Shown here: positions 8,389 to 18,367 of the stretch, piece by piece
How positions within the stretch are numbered: the stretch's first letter is position 1
How the letters are laid out: each line of letters starts with the position of its first letter
Position numbers and translations under genes: made by a program
The notes under the pieces: generated by a model
What the model was told of the DNA's origin: nothing
Databases searched by the model: none
Seen by the model: the letters and a program-made list of their open reading frames with translations, nothing else
Source: a virus
Lineage: Duplodnaviria > Caudoviricetes
Virus record (IMG/VR): IMGVR_UViG_3300044822_000145
Coordinates: 1-51,817 of that record
Strand: one strand, 5' to 3'
Length of the DNA: 51,817 bases

Positions 8389-9641
8389 CGCTGCCCAGGC
8401 TGCATGGTGGACAGAATGACATCCTCGCGGGCGAAGGGCGTTTCAGAGCCGTGCGGTGCGGTCGCCGCTTTGGGAAAACCTATCTCGCATCCACGCTAAT
8501 ATGCGACGGCGCAGCATCGGGAGAATCATGGGGGCTCTTTGCGCCTGATTACAAGATTCTTTCGGAAACGTATCGTGAGATACATGAAATACTTGATCCG
8601 ATTATTCTTTCATCCTCCAAAATAGACGGCGTAATCCGCGTTCTCGGCGGCGGGCGCGTGGATTTTTGGACCTTGAATAATCCTCGCGCTGGACGCTCGC
8701 GCAAGTATCACGGCGTTATGATCGACGAAGCAGCGTTCGCGGATAAAGACATGGAATCGTTGTGGACGAAATCTATTAAGCCGACGCTGCTCGATTACGG
8801 CGGCATTGCATGGGCGCTATCAACACCCGCAGGCAAAGACGAAGACAACTGGTTCTACCAAATCTGCAACGACAAGAGCCTCGGCTTCGTCGAGTTCCAC
8901 GCGCCGACCGAAAACAACCCGTACCTACCGCGCGAAGAAGTCGCCAAGCTCAAGGATGAAAACTCACCCGAAGTTTACCGCCAGGAATACCTCGCGGAGT
9001 TCGTGGATTGGTCCGGCGTCGCGTTCTTCTCGATTGACGCGCTTCTCGTTGACGGTAAGCCTGTTCCGATGCCGACGATGTGCTATACGGTATTCGCCGT
9101 AATCGATACCGCGATCAAAAGTGGCGAGGAGCACGATAGTACCGGCGTCGTTTACGTTGCATACAATCCCCTCATAAAGCCGTGTACAGTCCTCTTGGAT
9201 TGGGACATTCTCAGCATAGAGGGTGCGCTCCAAGAAGTATGGCTATTGACCGTCTATGAGCGGTGCGAACAGCTAGCGCGCCAATGCGGCGCACTGAAAG
9301 GCTCTATGGGCGCGTTCATCGAGGATAAGGCGACGGGCAGCGTCCTCATCCAGCAGGCCAAGAACAAGGGCAGGCCCGCGTCTGAGATCGACTCCAAACT
9401 CACCGCGATGGGCAAGGACGAACGCGCTATCGCGGCGTCTCCCTACGTGTACGCGGGCGACATCAAAATCGCGGATGAGGCGTTCAATAAGGTTAAGGTA
9501 CATAAAAGAATTTCCGCCAATCACCTCGTCAAGCAAGTCACGGGCTTTCGCATCGGCGACAAGGGGACGGGCAAACTGGACCTGCTCGACTGCTTCACTT
9601 ACTCCATCATCATCACGCGAAACAAGCTTTGGCCGAGGTAG
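8376..9641 (+). CDS. terL: Terminase large subunit
   Basis: Walker A CGRRFGKT, Walker B VMIDEAA, STP coupling motif, RQEYLAEF, nuclease IDTA...IEDKATG...DLLD. Confidence 0.95.
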   Translation: MPTITLPRLHGGQNDILAGEGRFRAVRCGRRFGKTYLASTLICDGAASGESWGLFAPDYKILSETYREIHEILDPIILSSSKIDGVIRVLGGGRVDFWTLNNPRAGRSRKYHGVMIDEAAFADKDMESLWTKSIKPTLLDYGGIAWALSTPAGKDEDNWFYQICNDKSLGFVEFHAPTENNPYLPREEVAKLKDENSPEVYRQEYLAEFVDWSGVAFFSIDALLVDGKPVPMPTMCYTVFAVIDTAIKSGEEHDSTGVVYVAYNPLIKPCTVLLDWDILSIEGALQEVWLLTVYERCEQLARQCGALKGSMGAFIEDKATGSVLIQQAKNKGRPASEIDSKLTAMGKDERAIAASPYVYAGDIKIADEAFNKVKVHKRISANHLVKQVTGFRIGDKGTGKLDLLDCFTYSIIITRNKLWPR

Positions 9642-9678
9642 AGGTGGGAACTAAAAATGAGGGTATCTATAATAGGGA

Positions 9679-10272
9679 ATGTTCAAGAAGTACGTCACAG
9701 AATCTTTAGCTCGCATTGAAGGGATACTACTTACCATGGCTACAGCCCAGATCAATAACCAGGCAGCACTCGACGCGGCAATCGCCGCCGTACAGGCAGC
9801 CGTAACGCAGCTCGGTGCGGATCAGACGACCGCGATTGCCGCGCTCCTCGCGAAGATCGCGACGCTTCCCACGGGCGCCGGCGGCACGACCGATTTCACC
9901 CCGGAAGTAACGTCGCTTCAGACGATCGCGGCGAAGCTCACCTCCTTGGACGCTTCAGCCGTCGCCGCGAACCCTGCTGGAACCACGGGCACAGGCACGG
10001 GAACCGGAACAGGCGCGATCGTCGCCAATCCGGCAACGCTCACGATCGCCGGAGGCGCAGGCGCGACCGGCACGTTTTCCGTCACCGAAGCGGCGAACCC
10101 GTCGGCGACGTTCACGGCAGTAAGCTCGGCTCCGAACATCGCGACGGTCACCCCGGCCAATACCGCCGGCTCGTTCACCGTCACGGTCGTAGCCAAGGGC
10201 ACCGCAACGATCAATGTCTCGGACAACGCGACCCCGCCCAACACGGCGACCGTAGCAGTCACCGCCTCCTAA
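9679..10272 (+). CDS. Coiled-coil plus C-terminal Ig-like (Big_2-type) protein
   Basis: Ala-rich helix, GT linker, SSAPNIATV...TVVAKGTATINV; TATAAT at 9668-9673; alternative start at 9736. Confidence 0.7.
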   Translation: MFKKYVTESLARIEGILLTMATAQINNQAALDAAIAAVQAAVTQLGADQTTAIAALLAKIATLPTGAGGTTDFTPEVTSLQTIAAKLTSLDASAVAANPAGTTGTGTGTGTGAIVANPATLTIAGGAGATGTFSVTEAANPSATFTAVSSAPNIATVTPANTAGSFTVTVVAKGTATINVSDNATPPNTATVAVTAS

Positions 10273-10497
10273 CCCGTTCCCTACAAGCGAGGCGAGCGAG
10301 GAAGCATCAGGGCGTCGGGCAACCCGCGCTCTTTTGTTTTTCCTCGTCCTATTGTTGCTTCCGGCTCCAGCGAGGATGCGACCGCAGTCGCACCGCAGTC
10401 GGAGCCCCCCGCGCCCATCGGGTGCGGCTTTCAACAAATCGGCGGCACGCCGATTCTCCTTATTGGTATGATAGTCGCGCACGTTTACGCACAACCG

Positions 10498-10605
10498 TGT
10501 CTCCCCTGAAACTCCCAGGGGAGACATACGTGTGTCTCCCCTCAGGGGAGCTAGAATCTGTCTCCCCGTAGCAAGCGAGCAGGGGAGACAATAGGGTGTC
10601 TCCCC
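10498..10605. repeat. Cluster of six TGTCTCCCC/GGGGAGACA 9-mers (iteron- or operator-like)
   Basis: Direct copies at 10498, 10533, 10559 and 10597; inverted at 10518 and 10582; partial GGGGAG at 10545. Confidence 0.85.
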
Positions 10606-10607
10606 TA

Positions 10608-10979
10608 TCAGGCTCCTCTCTGCAATCGGTATTCCGATCCGAGGTGCGCCGAGCGCGTGGTTTTCGTAAGGAATCCGCCCTTCTCTAGCGAGACTAGCGC
10701 GCGTTGAACGCTGCGCTCCGATACGAGGGCGTCATTAGCTATCGTCTTTTTCTTGGGATGACAAAAGCCGTTCACGTCGGCGTATGACGCGAGAACGAGA
10801 AGCACTTTCAATTCAAGGTGCGTTCGTACGTTGCGCTGCCATGATCGCGGCACGCATCCAAACGGCTCGCCGATGCAATGCACCGGGCGGCGAGATGTCG
10901 TGTCCGCGTAACTCTGATATGTCGTAGGGCCGGGCTTCCTGCCCGTAGTATCATTCATGGGCATTCCTATGGCGGGCAT
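10608..10979 (-). CDS. Winged-HTH (HTH_36) replication-initiator-like protein, short or possibly frameshifted
   Basis: LKVLLVLASYADVNGFCHPKKKTIANDALVSERSVQRALVSLEKGGFL. Confidence 0.75.
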   Translation of the reverse strand: MPAIGMPMNDTTGRKPGPTTYQSYADTTSRRPVHCIGEPFGCVPRSWQRNVRTHLELKVLLVLASYADVNGFCHPKKKTIANDALVSERSVQRALVSLEKGGFLTKTTRSAHLGSEYRLQRGA

Positions 10980-10988
10980 GCGTGGATG

Positions 10989-11022
10989 AAAAGCGCCTGG
11001 CTTGATCGTTTAGGCGCTTTTT
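10989..11022. terminator. Terminator-like hairpin
   Basis: AAAAGCGCCT...AGGCGCTTTTT. Confidence 0.55.
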
Positions 11023-11091
11023 GTATTTAGGTTGAGACGAAGAACGCTCCTAGCGAACGGAGGCGTACTCGTCCGCGCGGAAGGTGCGCCT

Positions 11092-11259
11092 ATGAGATTG
11101 CTTGACGATCCCGAGCAAAAGGAAGACGGAACCGTACTCCTGGGCTTGCGCCAGGTGCTTCCAGATAACTCCGATCGCTACGTTGGAATCGAGTTCTCTC
11201 GCGAGGAAGCGAAGGAATACGGCGGCATTCTCATAGAGGCTGCGTCGCACTATGCGTAG
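11092..11259 (+). CDS. Hypothetical protein
   Basis: GGAAGG upstream of ATG 11092; overlaps the next gene. Confidence 0.55.
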   Translation: MRLLDDPEQKEDGTVLLGLRQVLPDNSDRYVGIEFSREEAKEYGGILIEAASHYA

Positions 11260-11449
11260 ACCTATCGAAGCCCTTGCTCGCGAACTTTCGAAAGAGACAG
11301 ACTTGAGCGTTACGGCTGGAGATATGGCGGACAAGCATCGAGAAACTCCCGAGCGAATCATGGATGCGTGGCAAGTACTCAAGATTCTTGAAATAACTGA
11401 CATGCTGGATGAAAAGCCGCTTACCTACATAGGGGGCAGTCATGTATAA
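11252..11449 (+). CDS. Hypothetical protein
   Basis: Overlaps the upstream gene and the portal start. Confidence 0.55.
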   Translation: MRRPIEALARELSKETDLSVTAGDMADKHRETPERIMDAWQVLKILEITDMLDEKPLTYIGGSHV

Positions 11450-12926
11450 CTCCAGCCCGGAGCAGAGCGATACGCCGTCAACGGTCTCCGTGGGCGGGCA
11501 ACTTGGCTCCGTGCTTACGAATCTGCTCATGTGCGGAGAGATTGTGCCGGGCTCTCCGATTGGGTACGAATTGTGCAAACAGTTGCATGCGTTTCACGTA
11601 TTAGGGGCTCTCCTTACCGATGCGCCGATAACGCGCGCACAGAGCAAGAAGCGTGAAATTAGCGTTCCCGTCATTCTCGGAGAGCAACGCATCGTCGAGC
11701 AATTCGAGAAAACGTATCGTGAATTAGGCAAAGTCGGCGCAACGGTTGTCATACACAACCTTGTTAAGACGAGCCGCATCTATGGCATTGCATCGCTTGC
11801 TGTGGGCGAACGCGGGAAGGGCACGAACACGCCGCTCGACCTCGCGAAAATAGCCGAATCCGACTTGTATTTCAACGTACTCGACCCGCTCAACACGGCG
11901 GGAAGCCTCGTTCTCAACCAAGATCCCAACAGCCCTGACTTCCTCAAACCTGACGACAACGTGCATGTGCAAGGGCAAGCATGGCATCATTCTCGCCTCT
12001 TCGTCAAAATGAACGAGCAGCCGATTTATATTGAGTGGTCTGCATCGGCTTTTGGTTTTGTAGGTCGCAGTATTTATCAGCGTGCGCTATACCCGCTGAA
12101 ATCATTCATCCAATCCATGCTAACGGACGACATGGTAACGCGCAAAGCCGGGCTCCTCATTGCGAAAATGGAATCCCCCGGCAGCATCATCGACAACATC
12201 ATGGGCTCCATGTTCAACTCGAAGCGCGCGAAGATCAAGGAAGGCGTAACGAATCAAGTCGCATCAATCGGCGTAACCGAAGACATTCAAACGCTCAACA
12301 TGCAGAACCTCGATAAAGCGTTTTCCGCAGCGCGTACGAACATCCTCAAAAACATTGCAACCGCAGCGGGAATGCCCGCGTCAATCATCGCGCAAGAAAC
12401 CATGACCGAAGGCTTCGGAGAAGGCGTTGAGGACGCGAAGAAAGAGGTCGCATACCTCAACTACATCCGCGAGGACATGCAGCCTGCGTATGACTTCGTG
12501 GATAAGATCGTCATGCGCCAAGCGTGGACGAAAGAGTTCTATGATTCGCTCAAGCCTGATTACCCGAAGTTAGCGCCGTATGAGACATGGCTGTACGAGT
12601 GCATTCACGCCTTCAAGGCGGAATGGCCGAACCTCATGGAAGAAGCGGATAGCGAGAAAAGCAAAACCGAGAAGGTGAAAATGGAAGCGGTCATCGCGGT
12701 CGCCGAAGCCGTTGCAACGCAGTGCGATCCCAAGAACAAAGCCAAAGTCCTCGCCTGGATCGCCGATAACGTCAACGCATGCGAGAACCTCTTCGCGGGC
12801 AGGCTCGACATCGACGAAGACGACCTCGCGGAATGGGCGGAAGAGAACGAAGCGGCGCAGCAAGAGGCGGAAACCGCAGCGGATAAGCCCGCAGGGCGAC
12901 CGAGGCCGTTCTCGGCGGCGTCCTAG
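11442..12926 (+). CDS. Portal protein (DUF1073-like)
   Basis: 494 aa after the terminase; SRIYG, HHSRL, FGFVGRSI and IATAAGMP...GF motifs. Confidence 0.85.
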   Translation: MYNSSPEQSDTPSTVSVGGQLGSVLTNLLMCGEIVPGSPIGYELCKQLHAFHVLGALLTDAPITRAQSKKREISVPVILGEQRIVEQFEKTYRELGKVGATVVIHNLVKTSRIYGIASLAVGERGKGTNTPLDLAKIAESDLYFNVLDPLNTAGSLVLNQDPNSPDFLKPDDNVHVQGQAWHHSRLFVKMNEQPIYIEWSASAFGFVGRSIYQRALYPLKSFIQSMLTDDMVTRKAGLLIAKMESPGSIIDNIMGSMFNSKRAKIKEGVTNQVASIGVTEDIQTLNMQNLDKAFSAARTNILKNIATAAGMPASIIAQETMTEGFGEGVEDAKKEVAYLNYIREDMQPAYDFVDKIVMRQAWTKEFYDSLKPDYPKLAPYETWLYECIHAFKAEWPNLMEEADSEKSKTEKVKMEAVIAVAEAVATQCDPKNKAKVLAWIADNVNACENLFAGRLDIDEDDLAEWAEENEAAQQEAETAADKPAGRPRPFSAAS

Positions 12927-12929
12927 CGC

Positions 12930-13742
12930 GTGAGCAAGTCCTTTCGCGCGTTCCTCATCGAGGCGCTCCGGGAATTTTCCGAACGCGGCTACGTATCAGA
13001 ATCCGACCTCCAGCAGTGGACCGCACGCCTGCACGCCATGATCGAGAGCGAACTCCCCACAGACGAGGAGAGCCGGGAAGTCCTCGCGGGGATACTTGGG
13101 AGCGTTTATGCGCGTGAATACCGCTCAGGGATCGCCAAGCGCGTTCCGGGCGTTTCTCGCTACACCGTGGACCGCGTTGCCCCCCATTTACGCGCGGAAC
13201 TCGACAAGCGCATCTTCGCTTCCGCCGACCTCATCCGCATTCGAAAGCGCGAGACGGTAGACAAAACCCTCGCGCGCTTCTCCGGCTGGGCATCGTCTGT
13301 CCCGCCGACAGGGACGTTCGACTTCTCCCCGCGAGCGCTCTCCAAGCACATAACCAAGGACTTAGTATCATTCAAGTACGAGCGGCGGCGCGTTGCCATT
13401 GATCAAGGCCATAAGCTAGTCAGTAATATCTCGCATGTCGTTGCAATGAACGAAGGCGCAATAGCCGCTACGTGGTATGATCGCGGAGAAGACGATCACG
13501 GATACGATGCGCGCCCGGATCATCTCAAGCGCAGCGGCAAACTCTTTCTCGTCAAAGATAGCTGGGCAATGAACGAAGGGCTCATCCGCAGAGGCGCGGC
13601 TCCTTACACGGATAGCGTAACGCAGCCGGGCGAAGAAGTGTACTGCTCGTGCTTCTGGACATGGATCGTGCATCCGCAAGACTTGCCTGAAACATTCCTA
13701 ACCGCCAAGGGGCGCGCTTACATAAGACCCATCGCGAGCTAG
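12930..13742 (+). CDS. Head morphogenesis/minor head protein (SPP1 gp7 / Mu F-like)
   Basis: Follows the portal; AIDQGHKL, RPDH and PGEEVYCSC motifs. Confidence 0.8.
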   Translation: MSKSFRAFLIEALREFSERGYVSESDLQQWTARLHAMIESELPTDEESREVLAGILGSVYAREYRSGIAKRVPGVSRYTVDRVAPHLRAELDKRIFASADLIRIRKRETVDKTLARFSGWASSVPPTGTFDFSPRALSKHITKDLVSFKYERRRVAIDQGHKLVSNISHVVAMNEGAIAATWYDRGEDDHGYDARPDHLKRSGKLFLVKDSWAMNEGLIRRGAAPYTDSVTQPGEEVYCSCFWTWIVHPQDLPETFLTAKGRAYIRPIAS

Positions 13743-14017
13743 TCTTCCTTCGGACGACAATGATTTTTTATCGCATCTGCTTTCGTGCCTGAATTCCCAG
13801 AAGCAAACCTCGCCCATTGGCAATTTTCCGCCGCAAGCATGAATCCAACGTCCCTAGCTTTTTCAATCGCGTCGACCTCGGTTTCGCATATCAATCCAAG
13901 AAAGTATTTCGTGAGACCATGAACTATCTCGCCGTTTATTGAGCGAATGTTCTCCTCGGCCTGCGCCTTGATTTTCTCCGCGAGGACATCGGGTATGCGG
14001 ATGTGCAGGTCGGTCAT
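13739..14017 (-). CDS. Arc-like ribbon-helix-helix regulator
   Basis: LHIRIPDVLAEKIKAQAEENIRSINGEIV matches the Arc pattern. Confidence 0.8.
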   Translation of the reverse strand: MTDLHIRIPDVLAEKIKAQAEENIRSINGEIVHGLTKYFLGLICETEVDAIEKARDVGFMLAAENCQWARFASGNSGTKADAIKNHCRPKED

Positions 14018-14181
14018 AGCGATATGCCTTCGGATGAAAAATCGGCTTCCCACTCATAGTGGTAGAATTCAGGTTTTGCCTCGCGGCAATCCCCATTTGC
14101 CTCAGTTACGTGGATGTCTATGTCATCGCCATGCTCTTTTGCGAGATTCTCAAGCGCGTCGATCAATTCGCGGATTTTCAT
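14014..14181 (-). CDS. Hypothetical protein (55 aa)
   Basis: Own translation MKIRELIDALENLAKEHGDDIDI...; ATGA overlaps at both ends. Confidence 0.7.
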   Translation of the reverse strand: MKIRELIDALENLAKEHGDDIDIHVTEANGDCREAKPEFYHYEWEADFSSEGISL

Positions 14182-14363
14182 AATCCGTACCTCGATGGTA
14201 CTTCTTCATTAAATTGACAGTATGAAAACATACATCTCGATATTTCAATTTGAGCGTAATCAGTCGCGTCTTTCTCAAGATACCTTTTTGTAAGCGCAAG
14301 CGCATCCTCAAGTTCCAGAGTGGCGATATTTTTTCCAGCAAACTTAACGTGAAAATGATCCAC
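14178..14363 (-). CDS. Hypothetical protein
   Basis: First gene of a three-gene minus-strand operon behind a consensus promoter. Confidence 0.6.
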   Translation of the reverse strand: MDHFHVKFAGKNIATLELEDALALTKRYLEKDATDYAQIEISRCMFSYCQFNEEVPSRYGL

Positions 14364-14369
14364 GGGATG

Positions 14370-14398
14370 ATTCTACCCCACAATGGGACTATATGCAA
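14370..14398 (-). promoter_or_regulatory. Sigma70-type promoter TTGCAT-17-TAGAAT, leaderless
   Basis: Exact 17-nt spacer; -10 lies 6 nt before GTG 14363. Confidence 0.7.
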
Positions 14399-14516
14399 GA
14401 ACCGGGCCGTTCTCGCAGGGAGTACGCACGATCCTCGCGGAAATAAAGCAAGGTAGCCAAGCACGTTCAGGCGCTCGACTACCTTTAACGCTCGAAACCT
14501 CTCATGAAGGCTACGA

Positions 14517-15224
14517 ATGCTGCCTACATCTTCCGAAAATTCTTATGTCGTCCCTTCGCGGGTATGTGAATTATGTGGAATCCCTCTTGTCGGAAATCTT
14601 AACGGAAGGCCGATAAAGCGATTCTGTTCATCAAGTTGTTATCAAAGGAATAGGCGGGGACTCCCTCCTCTCCTCAAAGAGCGCGCATGTGATATTTGCG
14701 GGAAAGTATTTCCCGTTCTAACTTCCAAGAAATTTGTCTGTTCCAAAAAATGCAAAGAAAAAAAGCGCGCACAAAAGCCCGTTCGCCGAGAGTCCCAGCG
14801 AAAGCACGCGAAAACATATTACTTGAAACACAAAGATAAAATAAAAAAGGCTAATCGCGAATGGATCAGTTCTCATATGGATAGAATGCGTGAACTCCAA
14901 AAGGCGTTTCGCTTAAAAGATATGGATATGACCAGACAAAGAGGACGCCTTTATGCAATTCGGCGACGAGCAAGGAATCGCGGAGCGCAGGGTTCTCACA
15001 CGATAGATGAATTCAAATCAATATGCAAAAAGCAAGGAAACAGGTGCGCGCACTGCAACAAGAAATGCAAGTTAACCATAGATCACGTCATGCCGCTTGT
15101 AGCGGGCGGGACAAATTACGCGTTTAACCTGCAAGGTTTGTGCCTTCCATGCAATATAGCCAAAGGCGCGAAAATTCTGCTTTACGCTCACCCGTCGCTA
15201 TTCGATAAGCGAGTGCCGGTCTAG
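14517..15224 (+). CDS. HNH endonuclease with N-terminal zinc fingers
   Basis: CAHC...LTIDHVMPLVAGGTNYAFNLQGLCLPCNIAK; AT-rich. Confidence 0.9.
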   Translation: MLPTSSENSYVVPSRVCELCGIPLVGNLNGRPIKRFCSSSCYQRNRRGLPPLLKERACDICGKVFPVLTSKKFVCSKKCKEKKRAQKPVRRESQRKHAKTYYLKHKDKIKKANREWISSHMDRMRELQKAFRLKDMDMTRQRGRLYAIRRRARNRGAQGSHTIDEFKSICKKQGNRCAHCNKKCKLTIDHVMPLVAGGTNYAFNLQGLCLPCNIAKGAKILLYAHPSLFDKRVPV

Positions 15225-15256
15225 GAGCTACCCTCTCGCATCCGAAGATTACGTGA

Positions 15257-16729
15257 ATGGCAAATGAGGCCGAGGAAAAGTTAGCCCGAGGCGAGCTTAC
15301 CGATCACGAAGCCGCCGAGGCCGTGAGGGACGGCCTCCTCCCAAGTCCTACGAAGTTTGGGGAATTTTGGCTTTTCGCTCTTCGTGTAACCGGCACGGGA
15401 GCTGCCTTTCGAGACCAATTAGAAGAGTATGCCTATCGACATAAAGAGTTATGGACCTCGCCTGCGTTCCTGGAACGCGCTGCCTCTATCCCGATTATCT
15501 GGGGCCATCCAGAGAAAAGCGGCTTAACCTCGGATGAGTACAGGGAGCGCAGCATCGGTAATGCGGTCCTTAGTTATGTCGAAGGCGACTCCGTTTGGTG
15601 TGTGGCTAAGATATTCGATGCCGATTCCGCAAAACTGATGGAAAACGGCTCTTTTCGGAGTACGAGCCCCGGAGTAACTCCGCCCAAAGGTGCGGAGGCC
15701 ACTAAGTTGGAAGGCGACGAAGGGAAGCGGATTCTGAATGAACCACTTCCGCTCGTTCTCGATCACTTGGCGATCTGCGAGCAAGGCGTGTGGGACGCTG
15801 GCGGCCCCCCAGTCGGCGTAAAACTATCCGCCCTAATTGAGGAGCAATCTGTGACCAAAGAAGAGGAAGAGAAGCTCGCAAAGGAACGCGATGATGCGCG
15901 TTCTCGTGCCGACGCCGCCGAATCGAAGCTGAAGCAGTATGAGGACGCCCGTAAGGACGCCGAGGCCAAGGCAAAAAAGGACGCCGAGGAAGAGAAAGAG
16001 CGCGCCGACAAATCGAAGCGCGACGCGGAAGAGACCGAGCGCCAGGCCGTAGAGAAGGCTGAAAAAGAAAAAGCCGATGCCAAGCGCGACGCCCGCAAGA
16101 GTCGCCACGATTCCGAAAAGCACGACGGAGCGCACAATGACTGCTCCCGGTGCGACGCCTTTGAGAAAGGCGAAGTAGAAGATAAGAAAAAGGATGCTGC
16201 CGCCGCAGTTGAGACCGTGAACCCGGAAATCGACAAGCTGCACGATGCGCGCCGGGCCGATTCCAAGCGAATCGAAGAGCTTGCAGCGGAAATCGCCGCG
16301 CTCAAGAAGCAGCCGACTATGGATGATGCAAATGCGATCGCGACGGCGTACCACCGCTACGATTCGATTTATCAGATGCTTGGCGAGCGGGTACCGCAGC
16401 ATATGCCCGGCGAGTCGCCGATTGCATATCGCCGCCGATTGGCGGACGGCCTTCGCAAGCATACGAAGACCTGGAAAGAGCATGTATTGCACGACGCCGT
16501 GACCGGCCCGGCATTCGACATGCTCGAAGATTCGATTATCAACGAGGCGCTTGCCGAGGCGAAGAACCCGACGCGCACCGATGCGAACGCGGGTCGGCTC
16601 ATCGAGCGAACGACCGAGCAGAACGGGAAGACGCGCACCGAGTTTTACGGAGATTCATCCGTAGCGTTCGCGCCGTTCGAGGCTCCGGTCATGTCGTTCA
16701 AGTTCAAGAAGCCTTCGAAGGCGGCGTAA
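15257..16729 (+). CDS. Prohead protease/scaffold (DUF2213-like)
   Basis: PIIWGHP, STSPGV, LDHLAICEQGVWD; charged coiled-coil C-terminal half. Confidence 0.85.
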   Translation: MANEAEEKLARGELTDHEAAEAVRDGLLPSPTKFGEFWLFALRVTGTGAAFRDQLEEYAYRHKELWTSPAFLERAASIPIIWGHPEKSGLTSDEYRERSIGNAVLSYVEGDSVWCVAKIFDADSAKLMENGSFRSTSPGVTPPKGAEATKLEGDEGKRILNEPLPLVLDHLAICEQGVWDAGGPPVGVKLSALIEEQSVTKEEEEKLAKERDDARSRADAAESKLKQYEDARKDAEAKAKKDAEEEKERADKSKRDAEETERQAVEKAEKEKADAKRDARKSRHDSEKHDGAHNDCSRCDAFEKGEVEDKKKDAAAAVETVNPEIDKLHDARRADSKRIEELAAEIAALKKQPTMDDANAIATAYHRYDSIYQMLGERVPQHMPGESPIAYRRRLADGLRKHTKTWKEHVLHDAVTGPAFDMLEDSIINEALAEAKNPTRTDANAGRLIERTTEQNGKTRTEFYGDSSVAFAPFEAPVMSFKFKKPSKAA

Positions 16730-17335
16730 ATGAGCAGCATTTCCTTTAATCCGACCATCACGACGAACATATCCGGCGGATTCGTCCTCTCTACTGAAGG
16801 CTACGTCCAGGGCGTCTTTCTCGACGATCCCTCGATGCGCACGCAGCTTGAGGGCGGGCAAGTCGGCAGCGGCGTTACGCAGCCCCTCTGGGGCGGAATA
16901 GCCGTCGCGCTCAACGTGCAGGCGGTCGGCGCGAACGCGCAGGGATCGACCGTGGTTCCCGCCACAAGCGCGGGCACGATCGACGGCTGGACGCTTTTCA
17001 ATCAGGGCATGGCGGGTATCATAACGCCGAGTTCGACGGTTCCATTATATGCGGCGGGTGCATCGATCAACTTCGCGCGTAACGGTTCGCTTCTTCGCGT
17101 TGCGGTCGCGGTGGAAAACACCACGATTCTCAACGCTCTCGCGAATGCGGCAGCGAACGTCGCGCTCTATTGGGACCCGACGAACCTGTGCATCACCAAT
17201 AGCGCAGGCGGGAACTACGCGCTACCGGCGGCTACGCAGTTGCTAGCACTGAGCGCGACGAGCAAGACGGTAACATACAGCGGCGGCAACGCAACCTGGA
17301 ATGCGACCGGCCCGGCCGCGATCATTCGGATATAG
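16730..17335 (+). CDS. Capsid decoration/cement protein
   Basis: Between protease and major capsid; beta-rich, 201 aa. Confidence 0.7.
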   Translation: MSSISFNPTITTNISGGFVLSTEGYVQGVFLDDPSMRTQLEGGQVGSGVTQPLWGGIAVALNVQAVGANAQGSTVVPATSAGTIDGWTLFNQGMAGIITPSSTVPLYAAGASINFARNGSLLRVAVAVENTTILNALANAAANVALYWDPTNLCITNSAGGNYALPAATQLLALSATSKTVTYSGGNATWNATGPAAIIRI

Positions 17336-17349
17336 GAGCGCATTAAAAC

Positions 17350-18366
17350 ATGCCAGTAATTGCACCGGCCCGCGTCCTCGTTCATCCGAATCGCATTGAG
17401 CCGAACCTGATAATCACGATTGCGCAGCCGTCCGGCTTTATGCAGGGATTGGGCGGGAAGAAGCTTCGGCAGTTGTTATCCGACAACGATAAGGTCGTCT
17501 ATCAAAACCATGTCGATGTACGCACCGCCGTTGCCGCGCAGCAGGCCGCAGCGAACGTGTTGCCCTCCGCGACGATCACGCTGGACTACATTCAGACGCT
17601 CACCTACCTGATTCGTACGCGCCAGGACTACAACGAACTCGACGTTGCCGATGCGGGCGAATATAACGTCGCCCTTCCGGCGGCGTATCGTCTCGCGGCG
17701 CGGCAGGGGATCTATCAGTTCATCCGTGCGGCCTTCCTCTATGGCGTGAATGCTTCCAATTCCGAAGGCATTATCAACACTCCGAACGCGACGGCGGTTA
17801 CGTTGCCTCCCGATACCTTCGGCGACACGACGCTACGAACATACGACGCGGGGCAGCTCGCGATATGGTTTAACTCGCAGATTCAGGGTGCGCTCCAATC
17901 CATGTTCCGCCTCGGCATGCCGGGTCGCGTGGTCCTGCTCGGGCCGCAACGCATCATCGGTACGCTCCAATGGCAAGATATCGTGCAGGTTACGTCCTAC
18001 CAGCGCCCCGGTGCGGGTACGGCGACGACGGGGCAAGTCGTCTCCAAGATCGGCGATGAGAACGACGTCACGATTGATTGGGCATACGACGACACCTTGA
18101 TCGGCAAGGGCGCGGGCGGTACGGACGCCGTGCTCCTACTCGTTCCCGAAGCGGTTGTGCCGACAATCCCCGGCATCAATACGAACGAATTCGCGAAGCT
18201 CTCGCCCACGACGGATGCGATGATCCTTCAATATACCAACGTTGCCGCGCCGATCGAAATCACAACGCCGATTCCCGAAGGGCTCGACGTGGTGAGTATG
18301 CAGCGCATTACCTCGGGCTGGGCGCCCCGTCCGAACGCCGTGAACGTACTTTCGCTGCCCTATTAG
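17350..18366 (+). CDS. Major capsid protein (HK97 fold)
   Basis: 338 aa, position, GGAG RBS, C-terminal RITSGWAPRPNAV. Confidence 0.85.
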   Translation: MPVIAPARVLVHPNRIEPNLIITIAQPSGFMQGLGGKKLRQLLSDNDKVVYQNHVDVRTAVAAQQAAANVLPSATITLDYIQTLTYLIRTRQDYNELDVADAGEYNVALPAAYRLAARQGIYQFIRAAFLYGVNASNSEGIINTPNATAVTLPPDTFGDTTLRTYDAGQLAIWFNSQIQGALQSMFRLGMPGRVVLLGPQRIIGTLQWQDIVQVTSYQRPGAGTATTGQVVSKIGDENDVTIDWAYDDTLIGKGAGGTDAVLLLVPEAVVPTIPGINTNEFAKLSPTTDAMILQYTNVAAPIEITTPIPEGLDVVSMQRITSGWAPRPNAVNVLSLPY

Positions 18367-18367
18367 C

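Noticed and set aside
10498-10605. CRISPR or mini-array interpretation of the TGTCTCCCC cluster
   Set aside because: Repeats are only 9 bp, in mixed orientation, with short irregular gaps and no cas genes.
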